64,000 nt of DNA from the human T2T-CHM13v2.0 reference genome, Homo sapiens: the NCBI RefSeq assembly GCF_009914755.1, contig NC_060932.1. One strand, given 5' to 3'. Positions within the stretch are counted from its first letter, which is position 1. Each line of letters starts with the position of its first letter. Positions 35,890 through 50,143 of this stretch are shown piece by piece. The notes beneath the pieces were generated by a model, which was given only the letters and a program-made list of their open reading frames with translations, did not search any database and was not told the origin of the DNA. The position numbers and the translations under genes were made by a program.

Positions 35890-37455
35890 CTAAAAATAAC
35901 CGGTAACAATAGCATGGAAGTTGGAAGGGAGTAATCAGAGCTCAAGCGTTTAAAGGTCCATGCATTATTCAGGAAGGGGCTAGGACGATGTCTAACCTGA
36001 GACTTCATTTCAGTAGAATGACCTGGCAACATTTCAAGGGAAACAAATACAAGATTGAAATAAAGTGTAGAAGAAGTTTTAAAAATAGAGTAAGGAAAAA
36101 GTGAACTAACTTTTTAAAACTCCATTGATTCAGGAGGCGTGGAAAGTGAATGCACCAGGTGCATCTGAATTCCATCCTGGACTTAACAGGAAGCGTTAAT
36201 GGAGTAATCAGGAAAACCCGAGTGGGGCCTGTGATTAGCGAGTCACGTTAAATACGTGGTTAGCGCCAACTCACCACTTCTGAGGGTGTGTGGGAGAGAA
36301 TGTCGGCTCCTCCTGATGCTACTCAAGGGCTGGGGATTGGAGCATCCTGATAAGGAAGCATTAACAATGGTGGATGGGACCCAAAGAGGCTGGGCTTGGT
36401 GTCCTATTTCTGCGACTGTTATGTACATTTGAAATATTTTCAAAGTAAAAAGTTTAAAACTCTAGCAATAAAAAATAAAGAAGCTTTCAGACATCAAGAT
36501 AAATACAGATCAAAAAGTAAGAAGGGAGAAACAAGTCCCCATATATCAATAATGGATTAAACTCGCCAATGAAAAGACAGGGATTGACACATGGGATTTT
36601 TTTAAATCCAGCTATCTGCTATTTACAAGAGGCATATCAAAAGCACAGAGGCATAGAAGTACTGAAAATGAAAAATAACAGGAAAATATATGATGAAAAC
36701 ATTAATCAAAAGAAAGCTGGGATAGTCCTGTTAAGAGCAGACAACATGGATTTAAGATAAAAAGCATTATGTGGCATCAGAAAGGTCACTTTATAATGCT
36801 GAAAGGTTCACTTCACCAAGATGATACATTCCAAACTTGTATACAATCTTAACGAAATAGCCACGGAATACATAAAGCAAACAGTTATAAAGCTACTGGG
36901 AGAAATTTCCAAATCCACCAGTGGGGTAGGAGATTTCAACATATTCCTCTCAATTTATGATAGGTCACACAGACCAAAAAGAGGTAAAAATACCGAGATC
37001 TGAACTACAAAGTTAACAAGCTTGATTTGAGGGACACTAATATAACTTTCCATGCACTAATTAAAGAATGCACATTCTTCTCAGGCACAAATGGAACATT
37101 TACAGAGATGGAAAGTTCTAGGCTATAAAGCAAGTCTTGGCAAATTTCAAAGAAGCAGTGTTGGACATAAAAGAAATTCTCTGAGCAAAATGCAATTGTT
37201 AGAAGGTAATTAAAAAAACAGTAAATTAAAAATCCCCATGCATTTAGAAATTTTATAATCTCCTTAAGTAATGGGTCAAAGAAAAATGATAATAGACATA
37301 TACAGTTTCTAAACTGAACAATAATGGAAATATTATGTATCAAAACACAGGATGCAGTATAAACAGACCTTTACAGGAAGATTTATAGGCTCTAGATGCT
37401 TATGTTAGAAAATAAGAAAGGCTGAAAACTCGTGGGCCAAGCGTCCAACTTTAGA
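35890..37455 (+). mobile_element. Old L1 (L1ME-like), ORF1 end and ORF2 endonuclease region, decayed
   Basis: ORF fragments NPAICYLQEAY...NQKKAGIVLL (36569-36760) and YIKQ...VGDFNIFLSIYDRS (36821-37003) match L1 ORF2 EN motifs ICCLQETHL, QKKAGVAIL and GDFNTPLS. A separate L1M 3'-UTR piece is inserted at ~36130-36460. Confidence 0.88.
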
Positions 37456-38348
37456 GGAAAGAACTTTTCTTCCAAGATCAGGAACAAGACAAGGGTGCCG
37501 GCTATCATCACTTCTACTCAACACAGCACTGAAAGTCCTCGCCAGTGTAATTAGGCAAGACGAAGAAGTAAAAGGCATCCAAATTGGAAAGGAAGAAGTT
37601 AAATTGTCTCTCTGTTTGCAGACGACATGGTCTTACTGATAGAAAACCCCAAGGACTCCACACAAAACCTGTCAGAAGTAACAAACGAATTCAGGAAAGT
37701 TGCAGGATACAAAATCCACATTCAAAAATCAGTCACGTTTCTATACACTAACAATGAACTATCCACAAAAGAAGTCAAGAAAACAACCCCATTTACAATA
37801 GTATAAAAAATTACTTAGGAGTACATTTAAGGAAGGGGTGAAAGATATATACAATGAAAATTACAAAACCTTAATGAAGAAATTGAAGAAGACACAAATA
37901 AATGGAAAGATATACTGTGTTCATGGATTGGAAGAATTTATACTGTTATAATGCCTATACTATGCAAGGCAATATACAGATCGAACAGAATCCTATCAAA
38001 ATTCCAACATTTTTTCACAGAAATAGAAAAAAAATCTAAAATTTGTATGGAACCACAAAAGACCTCAAATAACCAAAGCAATCCTAAGCAAACAGATGAA
38101 AGCTGGAGAGGTCACATTAAATAATCTCAAAATCCACAAAGCTATGGTAACCAAAACAGCAGGGTACTGGCACAAAAACAGACGTACAGACCAATGAAAC
38201 AGAAGAGAAGGCCCAGAAACAAATCCATGCATTTGCAGTTAACTAATCTTTGGCAAAGTTGTCACCAATACGTCATGGGGATATGACAGTCTCTGCAACA
38301 AATGGTGCTGGGAAAACCGGGTATCTACACACAGAAGAGTAAAAACGG

Positions 38349-38840
38349 ATCTCCATCTCACGCCGTATACAACAATCAACTCAAAATGGATGGAAGACCG
38401 ACATGTGAGACCTAAAACTCTAAACCTACGATCTCCATCTCACGCCATATACAACAATCAACTCAAAATGGCTGGAAGACCAACATGTGAGATCTAAAAC
38501 TCTAAAACTACAGTCTCCATCTCATGCCGTATACAACAATCAACTCAAAATGGATGGAAGACCGACATGTGAGACCTAAAACTCTAAAACTACAATCTCC
38601 ATCTCATGCCGTATACAACAATCAACTCAAAATGGATGGAAGACCGACATGTGAGACCTAAAACTCTAAACCTACGATCTCCATCTCATGCCATATACAA
38701 CAATCAACTCAAAATGGATGGAAGACCGACATGTGAGACCTAAAACTCTAAAACTACAATCTCCATCTCATGCCGTATACAACAATCAACTCAAAATGGA
38801 TGGAAGACTTACATGTGAGACCTAAAACTGTAAAACTACT
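38349..38840. repeat. 82-bp VNTR (6 copies) formed from L1 ORF2 sequence
   Basis: Units start at 38349, 38431, 38513, 38595, 38677 and 38759. Confidence 0.97.
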
Positions 38841-39207
38841 AGAAGAAAACATAGGGAGAACTTTTCTTAACACTGGTCTTGGTAAAGATTTGTTAGATAT
38901 GACCCCAACAGCATGAGCTACAAAAGCAAAAATAAACAAAACAGATTGCATCAAACTAAAAAGCTTCTGTCCAGCAAGGGGAGCAGTCAGCAGAGTGAAG
39001 AGATGACCTGCAGAATGGGAGGAAATATGTCCAAACCATACACCTGATAAGTGGTTAAAATTTAAAATCTATCAGGAACCCAAACAACTCAATAGCAAGA
39101 AGACAAATAACCTGATTTTTAAAATAGGCAGAGGACCTGATGATTTTTAAAATGGGCAGAGGACCTGAATAGACATTTCTTGAAAGAGACATACAAAAAG
39201 CTAACAG

Positions 39208-39498
39208 GGCCGGGCACGGTGGTTCATGCCTGTAATCCCAGCACTTCGGGAGGCCAAGGCGGGTGGATCACCTGAGGTCAGGAGTTCAAGACCAGCCTGG
39301 CCAACATGGTGAAACCCTGTCTCTACTAAAAATACTAAAATTAACTGGGCGTGGTGGTGGGCACCTGTAATCCCAGCTACTCAGGAGGCTGAAGCAGGAG
39401 AATTGCTTGAACCCGGGAGGTGGAGGTTGCAGTGAGCTGAGATCAGCCTGGGCAACAAGAGTGAAACTCTGTCTCAAAAAAAAAAAAAAAAAAAAAAA
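39208..39498 (+). mobile_element. AluSq-like element inserted in the L1MA
   Basis: Perfect TSD AAAAAGCTAACAG (39195-39207 and 39494-39506), diagnostic aacaagagtgaaactc, and a ~15-bp deletion in the right arm (gagatc^agcctggg). Confidence 0.96.
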
Positions 39499-40433
39499 GC
39501 TAACAGATATATGACAAGGTGCTCAACAGCACTATTCATCAGGAAAGTGCAAATTAAAACCAAAATGAAGTATCGCCTCACACCTGTTAGAATGGCTTTT
39601 CTGTACACATGCACATATACATATAAGATCAATGTTGGTGAGGGCGTGGGGAAAAGGGAACCCTTGCGCACTGTTGGTGGGAATGTAAATTAGCGCAGCC
39701 ATCATGGAAAACAGTACAGAGGTTCCTCAAAATATTAAAACTAGAACTATCATATGTTCCAGCAATCCCACTACTCGGTATACATCCGAAGGAAATGAAA
39801 CCGGTATGTCAAAGGGGACACTGGCACGCCCATGTTTATCGCTGCCCTATTCACAATAGCCAGGACGTGGAATCGGCCTAAGTGTCCCCCCAAAGTCGGA
39901 TAAAGAAAGTGTGGTACATATACACCAGGAAATACGATTCAGCTTCTTAAAGAAGGAAATCCTCTCATTCGTGACAACGTGGAGGCACCTGGAAGACATC
40001 ATGCTTAAGTGAAGTAAGCCAGGCACACAGAGACAAATGCTGCGTTATCTCACTTATACGTAAAATCTAAAAAAAACCTGAACTCACAGAAGCAGAGAGG
40101 GGGATGGTGGTTAGCAGGGGCCGGGGGAGCAGGGGAGGAGGTGGGGAGATCTGGGTTAAACGGTACAAGGTTTCAATCAGACAAGAGCAATACGTTCTGG
40201 TGCTCTAACGTACAGCATGGTAACTCTAGTGAATAATAATGTATAGTAGACTTAAACATTGCTAAGAGAATGTATTTAAAATGTTCTCATCACAAAATAA
40301 GTATGTGGAGGGATGGGTATGTGAATTCGCTTGATTTAATTTTTCCACAATAATACATATGTCAAAACATTATATTGTATACCATAAATATATGCAATTT
40401 GGCATTTGTCAATTTAAAAATATACAAAAAAGA

Positions 40434-42430
<1,997 letters not shown>

Positions 42431-43739
42431 AGCTCATGCAACAACAATACTGAGACAAGCTAGGGGTTTGTACAGACTTTACCTCTAACCCTTACAGGTA
42501 ACCTTCTCCACAATTCCAAAATTCCACTGCTGTAAGATCCAAACATGCTAATTCCGCAATTCCAATTATCCAAAGACACGGCACAGCAGAGCTTGGAGCT
42601 AAGGACTTCCCAGCAGGAGAGTTCCCCACTCTTCGGTTCCACAGCCCCCGTCCCATAAGGGTCCCAAAGAGGGTGTCCACTTGCCAAGGGCACCCAGGGC
42701 CTGTCCTCAGTGGCCAGCCCTGGGAGGGCAGAGCAGCACCTTGTAGCCACCCCTACCCCCATGAAGGCAGGGCTGGGGGACCCCCAGGAGATGGCAGGGC
42801 TGGGCTGAGGGTCCTCTTGAGGGCTCCACACTGTGCTGGTGGGCCAGGTCCCCTCTTCCAAGTTACACAAGGGCCCATTTCTTGGGCAGAGCCACAGGTC
42901 CTCCTGCTGCTGGCTGTCCCTGCCCCCCACCATCCAGCCTGCCCCCATCTGAGGAGTCAGGAGCCAGCCTCCACACCTCTGCCCACCCCCTCCCTGGCAT
43001 GCCCCCTCCTCCCCTGGACACAACCCCAGCTTCATTCATTCATTCATCCCTGGAGGAGGAGGCAGCCTGGACTGCTTAAAAGGTTGGGTCTTGGACTTAG
43101 GGTCAAGCAGACGGGGTGCAAACCTGGCTCTGCCCCTCGAGTGTAGCTTTGGGGAAGCCTCTTGGCTTCCCTGAGCCCTGGGCCCCTCGTCTTCCCCGTG
43201 GAGGCTGGCAGAACGGAGGGATGACCGAGGACCTGGGAAGTGAGATGCGCAGACACGGGAGAACCGTTCAAGGCCGCAGAGGCTGGCCTGAGCCCAAACG
43301 CCTGCTGTGCCTCTGCCTTCTGAGTGGCCAGACACACTCCTCCTTCCAGTCATCCCCACCAACCTGTGTTAGCACCTGCTACACATCAGCACCACCCTGA
43401 GAATGTGCGAGGCAGCGATGAGCAAAGACCATCATGAAGGCTGCCATCTGAAAGTGACCACAGCACGCCCTCAGTCATTCCTTAGTCTCTCCAATCCTTC
43501 CCCTTCTCAATGAACACACATCTGTGCCTGCCAGGTGCTGCGACCAGCTATGGCCAGACGATGTCCTGTACATGCAGCTCTCTCCTCCTGGAGAAACCCC
43601 GATGCCAGTCCTGAGCCAAAGGTGTCAGCAGAGCCCTGAGCCTGGGCAGGTGTGGGAAGCAGGGAGGGAGCAGCAGATGGGTGCCCACCGCCGAGACTCC
43701 AGACCTATAGATCCACCAGCCCTGGAGAGTTGCAGGCAC

Positions 43740-44527
43740 GAAACTTCAGCCCATGAGAACGGCTGCCTGGACTGAGCCCAGCAAAGCTCTGGGGGCGCTA
43801 CTGCCCGAGGCTCGGGGTCCAGCCCCCACCCTGGTGCGTCTAGAAGGTGGGACATGGAGTCAAAGAGATTATTCTCAAGGCTTCAGATGTAATGTTGTCT
43901 GTCTGTTGGGTTTTGGACTCTTACTTGGGACCAGTGACCCCTTTCTTCTTTCCTGTTTCTCTCATTCAAAGTAGAAATGTCTGTCCTATGCCTGTCTCAC
44001 CCTTGTATTTTGGAAGTGAATAACTTGTTTGATTTCACAGCTCATAGTGGGGGGTGGGGGCAATTGGCCTCAGGACAAAACATGTCTTGAGTCTCGCCCA
44101 TGTGATGTTTTAAGAGATGGGATCTCACTGTGTTGCCCAGGCTGGAGTGGGGTGGCTATTCGCAGGTGCAATCCCACTACTGATCAGCACGAGAGCTCTG
44201 ACCTGCTCTGTTTCCCACCTGGGCTGGTTCATCCCGCTTTAGGCAACCTGGTGGTCCCCCGCTCCCAGGAGATCACCATATAGATCCGAACTTAGTGTGG
44301 ACACCTGAGGGGCCCAGACTTCCTGCACTCAAGCGATCCTCCTGCCTCAGCCTCCCAAGTAGCTGGGATTACAGGCACCACCGCCATGCCCAGCACCCTT
44401 GTGGTGTCTGGATGAGACTTTAGACTTAAAGGCCAGTGCTGGAACGAGCTCGCATGGGGGATACTGGGATGGAATGATGCTCTTTTGCATGTGGGAAGGA
44501 CATGAATTTTGGGGGCTAGGTACAGAA
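43740..44527 (+). mobile_element. MaLR internal sequence (MST-int 3' end), interrupted by a 7SL retrocopy
   Basis: gacatggagtcaaagagattattctcaagg...cccttgtattttggaagtg...ttgatttcacag and ggacatgaattttgggggctaggtacagaa directly before the LTR. Confidence 0.8.
44113..44394 (-). pseudogene. 7SL (SRP) RNA retropseudogene (RN7SL-P family)
   Basis: The reverse complement contains the 7SL S domain (CACTAAGTTCGG...GGGAGCGGGGGACCACCAGGTTGCCTAA...GTGCTGATCAGTAGTGGGAT...AATAGCCAC) between Alu-domain ends, so it is not an Alu. There is an internal deletion of ~16 nt. A degenerate TSD is present: gcccatgtgatgt (44096-44108) and acccttgtggtgt (44395-44407). Confidence 0.95.
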
Positions 44528-44834
44528 TGCAAAGGTGTGAATGGCCCCTCCAAAACCCAGGTGTTACCACCGTGACGGTATCGAGAGGTGATGAGGCCTG
44601 GCGGCTGCTCCCTCATGACGGGGACCAAGGCCCTTACAAGGCTTCACGCAGCATCCTCCACCTCGCCCTCTGCCTTCTGCCACCTGAGGACGCAGCTGGG
44701 AGACCCTGCCCGGACAAGATGTGGCACCTGGACCTTGGACTCCCAGCCTCCAGTGCTGTGAGAAGTAAATCTCTGCTCTTTAGAAAGGACCCAGTCTCAG
44801 GTGTTCTGTTTCGCAGCACAAATGGATGAAGACA
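44528..44834 (+). mobile_element. MSTC-like 3' LTR
   Basis: cccctccaaaacccaggtgtt...ggcccttacaaggcttcacgcagc...cccagtctcaggtg...gcagcacaaatggatgaagaca. Confidence 0.85.
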
Positions 44835-46649
44835 CCCAAGTTCAGAAGAGGGCTCTGAGAGCACCAACATGGCAGCTCCAGGATGCCCGCACAGCTCCCC
44901 AGAGGAGTTAAAGGGATTGAGTAACGGGACAAAGAGCCCCAGCCAGAAACTCAGCACCCACGGGGCTCCTGGTGTTCTCTCTCTCTCAGACTCATAAAGA
45001 TTGCTCTTGCCTCACTGATCTCTGTCTAGCTCCCAGGCTGAGAACGCGGCCCCCAGACGGCAGGAAGTGCTTCCCAAATGCTGCCCTGTGGGGCCGGCTC
45101 TGGGCAGAGTAGGTTCCTGGCACTGCAGATGGTCTGGAAACTGGGGACTCGTGGCGCTGAGAGTGGACTCCCTAGGAGCAGATCTGGGCTGGGGTCTGGG
45201 TCTGGTTTACGGAGGTGGAGCTACTGAGAAGCCCGGAGGGAGGGGAAGCAGGGCATCCTGGGCTCAGACAGTGTCTGCCCTGAGCCTGGCCCACGGGGGC
45301 TCCACGTCTCCCACCTGGAGGAACAGAGGCCAGCCTCCTGCTGCCCTGTATCACTCGGTTGCAGGCTCCTGCCAGTCACGGATGGTTCTCGGGAGCAGGG
45401 GGCAGCTGAGGGCCTCGCTCACAGGGCTGGGTACTCAGCAGGGAGGGCACTGCTGCGCCCACTACCCACGCCTCCTCCACTTCTAGAAGGGCCACGCCTT
45501 TGGAGGTAGCCAGCCCTGTGGCCTTGGGCAGGACATCCACCTCTCAAAGCCTGAGTCTCCATCAGTAATGCTACCTCCCCAACAGGAACTAAACTGAGGC
45601 AGACACCGGGCCCCCGCCAGACCGCACACAGCAGGCGCCCAATGCCCCTTCCTCACGGGGCCACGCTACGACTCTGCCATTGGCTTGACCCCAATTTATA
45701 ACATGAGGAAGGGGCTGAAGACCAGAAGCCTAGATATGCTCTACAAACCCCAGGGACGTCATCCGGACGGGGTGAGGGCGGTGGACCCAGGCCTGTGCCA
45801 GGCGGCTTCTCTCCCTGGAGGAGAACTGTGGGCAGAGGGTGGGCTGGGCAGCCGGCAAGGAACAGGAAGGGCCACCGGGAAGGCTGCCGAGGCCAGCGTG
45901 TGTGAGAGGTGGGCCTGGGGCCCAGCCCTGACCCAGCAGGAGGTGGCTACTAGGAAGGGGGACAGCCGACCTGGAAAGGGGGGTTTGGGTGGCAATTCCC
46001 AAGATCCCCGAGGAGGGCAGGTCCTGGGCAGAGGCTAAAGGAAGTGGGGAGGATGGGAGCCAAAACAGAGAGGACTTGACTGGGGCGGAGGCAGCGGTTT
46101 CAAGCACGCAGTGGGTTGCATAATTGTTCATAAGCCTGTGCTGCCTTCTCACGGCACCTCTCCCTCCTCCGCCCAGGGTGCTGCAGCAGGCAGGCCGTCC
46201 GCGTCAGGACCGGCTCATGAGAAATGCTCTGGTCAATGCCGTGGAGCAGCAGTGACATGTGCTGTTTCCAAGCAGATCCCTTCAGGGAGACCGTGGCACT
46301 CCTCCTCCCTCTCCCTCACTACCTAGAGCCCATGATGTCTTCGAGAGAGCTGGGGTCCCAGAGTGGGAAGCATGGCAGCAAAGCCACAGCCAGACCGGCC
46401 CATGGTGGCCTCGCAGCTCCAGCACCAATCACACCCGCAACCTGGGGGCAATTGTGACTGCAGCTTAATAGCCTGGGCTGATGGCTACGAGAGCTCTGAG
46501 CTTGGGGAGTGGGGGCCGGGGGATGCCGAGCTCTGCCGCAAACCTGCTGAGGGGTCCTGGGCAGCTCCAGAGACCTCTCTGGGCCTCCCATGCCCTTCTT
46601 CAGAGTGCGCCGCATGAGACCTGCTGGAGCCAGGCCGGCAGCGCAGCAG

Positions 46650-46850
46650 TGTGCTGGAGTCATTAATGCAGGCAGGCCCTGAGCTAATGAAATCCACATG
46701 GCAGCCACTCACACTTCCAGCCATGTGCTCCTCTCGGATTTTTACAGCCATTCTCCTGCCAGCGGCAAGAGCATTTTGAGGGAAAAATGCAAATTTGGGG
46801 GACATGGGGGAGCTCTTCACCAGGCTAAAAATGGCGCTCTAATGAGGCCT
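46650..46850. promoter_or_regulatory. Candidate intronic enhancer
   Basis: Unique sequence with CATTAATG, CTAATGA twice, octamer ATGCAAAT (46787-46794) and AAAATGGCG (YY1-like). Confidence 0.35.
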
Positions 46851-48189
46851 CCTCCCCTGGAGTAGGAGCGAGTTAGAGCTCCTTGGGGTGCGAGGTTGGA
46901 GCAGTGGGTGCCAAGGCATAATCCCTGCTTCTGCATAATCCCGGATCCCTTTCCAAGCAGCGGCGTGGGGGCTGAGCCAGGGGAGAGGGAAAACAGCCAT
47001 CAGCGTCGCGGGCTCCTTGGTGAGGCGGACACTCACCCGCCAGTGAAGGCATCTGGAGCAGGTTCCAGGCCCGATCGCAGTAGCCTGCTGCCGCTTGTTT
47101 TCCTTCGGAGCGTTCTCATCTGTCTTGTTGATGGCAGCGTTAATGAGCCCTTGCTGGATGCACCTGAAGCAGCAGCTAGGCAACAGGCGCTGGGGAGCAT
47201 GGAGCTGCAGCCCCAGGCGCTTGCAGACGTGGGGAAGGCAACACCGAGGGCATGGCAGCACAGGCAGCTGACCCCAAGGCTGGCCAGCCCTGCTTCCCTG
47301 ACCTGCAGTCAAGGCTGCCTGCTCCAAGGAGCTGCCGTGGTGATGGACGTAGTCCACGTGCAGACTGCCTTGAACGCAGGAGCCGACGGACGAGGGGCTA
47401 GCCTTTCCCTGCCTGTGCCTCTCGGAGAGGGATGAGCATGAATCACCACTGTCCAGGCCCGAGGCCTGACCCAGTAAAGGAAGGCCAAGGAAACCCCCGT
47501 AAGGGCGGCTCAGCCTCCAGGGAGCAGCGGGCTGTCATGGGAGCTGCCCATGGTGCTGGAGCTCAGAGCTCTGGTGCAGCTCGCCAGGCAGAGGGTTTGC
47601 TGGGGATCATGTGCCCATTTAAAAGACGAAAATGCTGAGGCCCAGAGTCACCGGGCAGGCAAGTGAGGAGTTCCAGCCCAGTGCATTTGGGATCAGAGCC
47701 AGACTCTCCCTACAGGCCCCCACCGCCTTCCACCAGATTCCCAGTCTCCAGACCCCGGCCCCCCTGCACACCGCAGCCTGCCCCCCATGCCACACACTGC
47801 TGGCTCAGGCAGTGTCGGAGTTTGAGATTCCGGTCAGCTAGGGCTGAGAACCCCGCCCCCCTCCCCCCACAAAAGCCACAATCAAGAAAAGAGACTTGGT
47901 TCATCCTTCTGAGGGAAGTTGAGAGAAAGGGCTGCAAAGCGTGGCCCTGCTGCTCATGCCCCTCCTGCAGCATCCCGACACCTCCCATAAGCAGTGGGCC
48001 CACGAGCAGCTCAGGGCAGAGGTTGTCCTCCCAGTTAGGGTGCGGCAGGCTCCTGTCCGTCCGAGCAGCACTGCTCTGGCACCCTCTGTATTCTGAGAGC
48101 ACACATCAGGCCCTGGTCACATTCCTGCCTGGAGACAGGGCCCGGCTTATGAGAGGAGCCTTCGACACCCTTCACTGAGTGCCTCTTGC

Positions 48190-48679
48190 CAGGGCCTGGG
48201 CACCATATACCCACCGCCCGCGTTCTCTATCTGCAGGGCCCGGGCACCATGTACCCGCCACCCGCGATCTCTGTCTGCAGGGCCCGGGCACCATGTACCC
48301 GCCGCCCACGTTCTCTGTCTTCAGGGCCCGGGCACCATGTACCCGCCACCCGCGTTCTCTATCTGCAGGGCCCGGGCACCATGTACCCGCCGCCCGCATT
48401 CTCTGTCTTCAGGGCCCGGGCACCATGTACCTGCCGCCCGCGTTCTCTGTCTGCAGGGCCCGGGCACCATGTACCCGCCGCCCATGTTCTCTGTCTTCAG
48501 GGCCCGGGCACCATGTACCCGCCACTCGCGTTCTCTATCTGCAGGGCCCGGGCACCATGTACCCGCCGCCCACGTTCTCTATCTGCAGGGCCCGGGCACC
48601 ATGTACCCACCGCTCGCGTTCTCTATCTGCAGGGCCCGGGCACCATGTACCCGCCGCCCGCGTTCTCTGTCTGCAGGGC
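48190..48679. repeat. CpG-rich VNTR, 44-bp unit, 11 copies
   Basis: cagggcccgggcaccatgtacccgccgcccgcgttctctgtctg, with an exact 44-bp period from 48190 to 48674. Confidence 0.98.
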
Positions 48680-49936
48680 ACGCACGTTGAGAGAGAGCTT
48701 GTTTGATATCTGGGCGGTTTGTTTGGTTTAATTTTGTTGTTTTCCCTTTCTGCTGTCAAGAGGTAAACAGACGGCTGCTTCATCTTCTTAAGCAGGCCTA
48801 CATTCGTAATGCATGGGTTGCGGGTGGGAGGAGGAAGGGCCGGGCCCCCCCGGTACCAGGGCACTGGCTCTGTCCTGGCTGTGCCCCCCACTGGCTGTGT
48901 GTCTCAGGCCAAGCCTTGGAACCTCTCTGAGCCTCTCTTTCCCGCGTCTGTAAATGAGGCTGGTTTCCCCGTCCTGCCCTGAGGTTTGAGGTGGTGCTGC
49001 CGGCGACAGTGGTCAGGGGAAGAAGCGGCAGCCGCCTGTGCCCAGCGCCCCAGCAGGAGCTACCTGCATGGTGTCGCTCAATCTTCCTAAAGCTCCAGGC
49101 GAGGAAGAAATGGCTCAGAGACAACACGATTTGTCAAAAGTCACACAGCAAGCAAGTAACACAGCCAGGACCCAGGTCAGGGCACTTCCAAGCATTTATC
49201 CTTCCCTGGAAGTGCCAATAGCACTGCGAGGGCCGTTGTTTACTTCCAGCCACCCCTGCTGTCTCCATTCTTGTGTGCAACAGTTTGGAAGCATGCTGCC
49301 GTGGTGACCTCAGCCCCGAGCCCCCATCCTGGCTCCCCTGTGGACCTGGCAGGTCCTCCCCTCCCCACCCCTCAGCCATTTCCTCTGCACAATGGGACAC
49401 TGCTTCCTGGCCACTGCCCTAGTGGGGCAGGTATGAGGCTTGGCTGAGTCAAAGCACAGACACGCCTGCTCTGCGTCCACTCCGGCCCAGGTGTGGGGAT
49501 GCTCAGAGCAGGACACAAGGTCCAGCCTCTGCCCTGCCCTGCCCACGTCCCCTCCCCAGGCCTGCAGGAGGGCATCTGCCTGTTCACAGACTGGATGTGC
49601 CCACTCCCGGGTGCAGTATCTGGGATAGAGACCGGACGGGCAGCCTGGCAAGGAGACTGGGCTCTGCCACGGGTGAGAGTGCGGAGGTGGACAGGCTGGC
49701 GACAGCCCAGGCTGGCACTACGGGTACGGGAGGAGGGCCGGTAGCCGTGGAGTCACAGCAGTGGTGACGGCGGTGCCTGCAGAAGCAGGGCCGCTGGGCC
49801 ACCTCCCGAGCACAAGCAACAAGCGAGGCACAGGCCAGCGTGCGTGCCGCGTCTGCACAGGGTCAGAGGGCCCAGTCCAGGAAAGGCACAGACAAGGTTC
49901 CGGGCATGAGGCCTTCCTGATTGCCACCCTGAGGGT

Positions 49937-50143
49937 GCAGTCACCCCCGAGTCACCACCCCCAGTGGCCATTCTGGGCAGGGACCCATTGCAGGTAGGGC
50001 GGTCACCCCCCAGTCACCAGCTCCAGTGGCCATTCTGGGCATAGACCCACTGCAGTAGGGCGGTCACCCCCCAGTCACCAGCTCCAGTGGCCATTCTGGG
50101 CATAGACCCACTGCAGTAGGGCGGTCACCCCCTAGTCACCAGC
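49937..50143. repeat. 61-bp tandem repeat, ~3.4 copies
   Basis: gggcggtcaccccc at 49997, 50058 and 50119, with a degenerate first unit. Confidence 0.92.

Larger units (their letters stand above)
37460..40433 (+). mobile_element. 5'-truncated L1MA-type element (RT domain to 3' UTR), nested in the older L1
   Basis: aaattgtctctctgtttgcagacgacatgg (KLSLFADDM region), ORF2 C-terminal sequence, an L1MA-type 3' UTR (gcttgatttaat...ccacaat...atcaaaacat...tgtcaattt) and an A-rich end. Confidence 0.92.

Noticed and set aside
36569-40433. Active L1 or intact reverse transcriptase
   Set aside because: Only short ORF fragments remain, with frameshifts, stops, Alu insertions and a VNTR.
44113-44394. Alu/FLAM call
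   Set aside because: The element contains the 7SL S domain, which Alus lack.
48196-48680. p53 or steroid-receptor elements in the 44-bp VNTR (GGGCACCATGTACC)
   Set aside because: It fails RRRCWWGYYY and has only one good GRE half-site.
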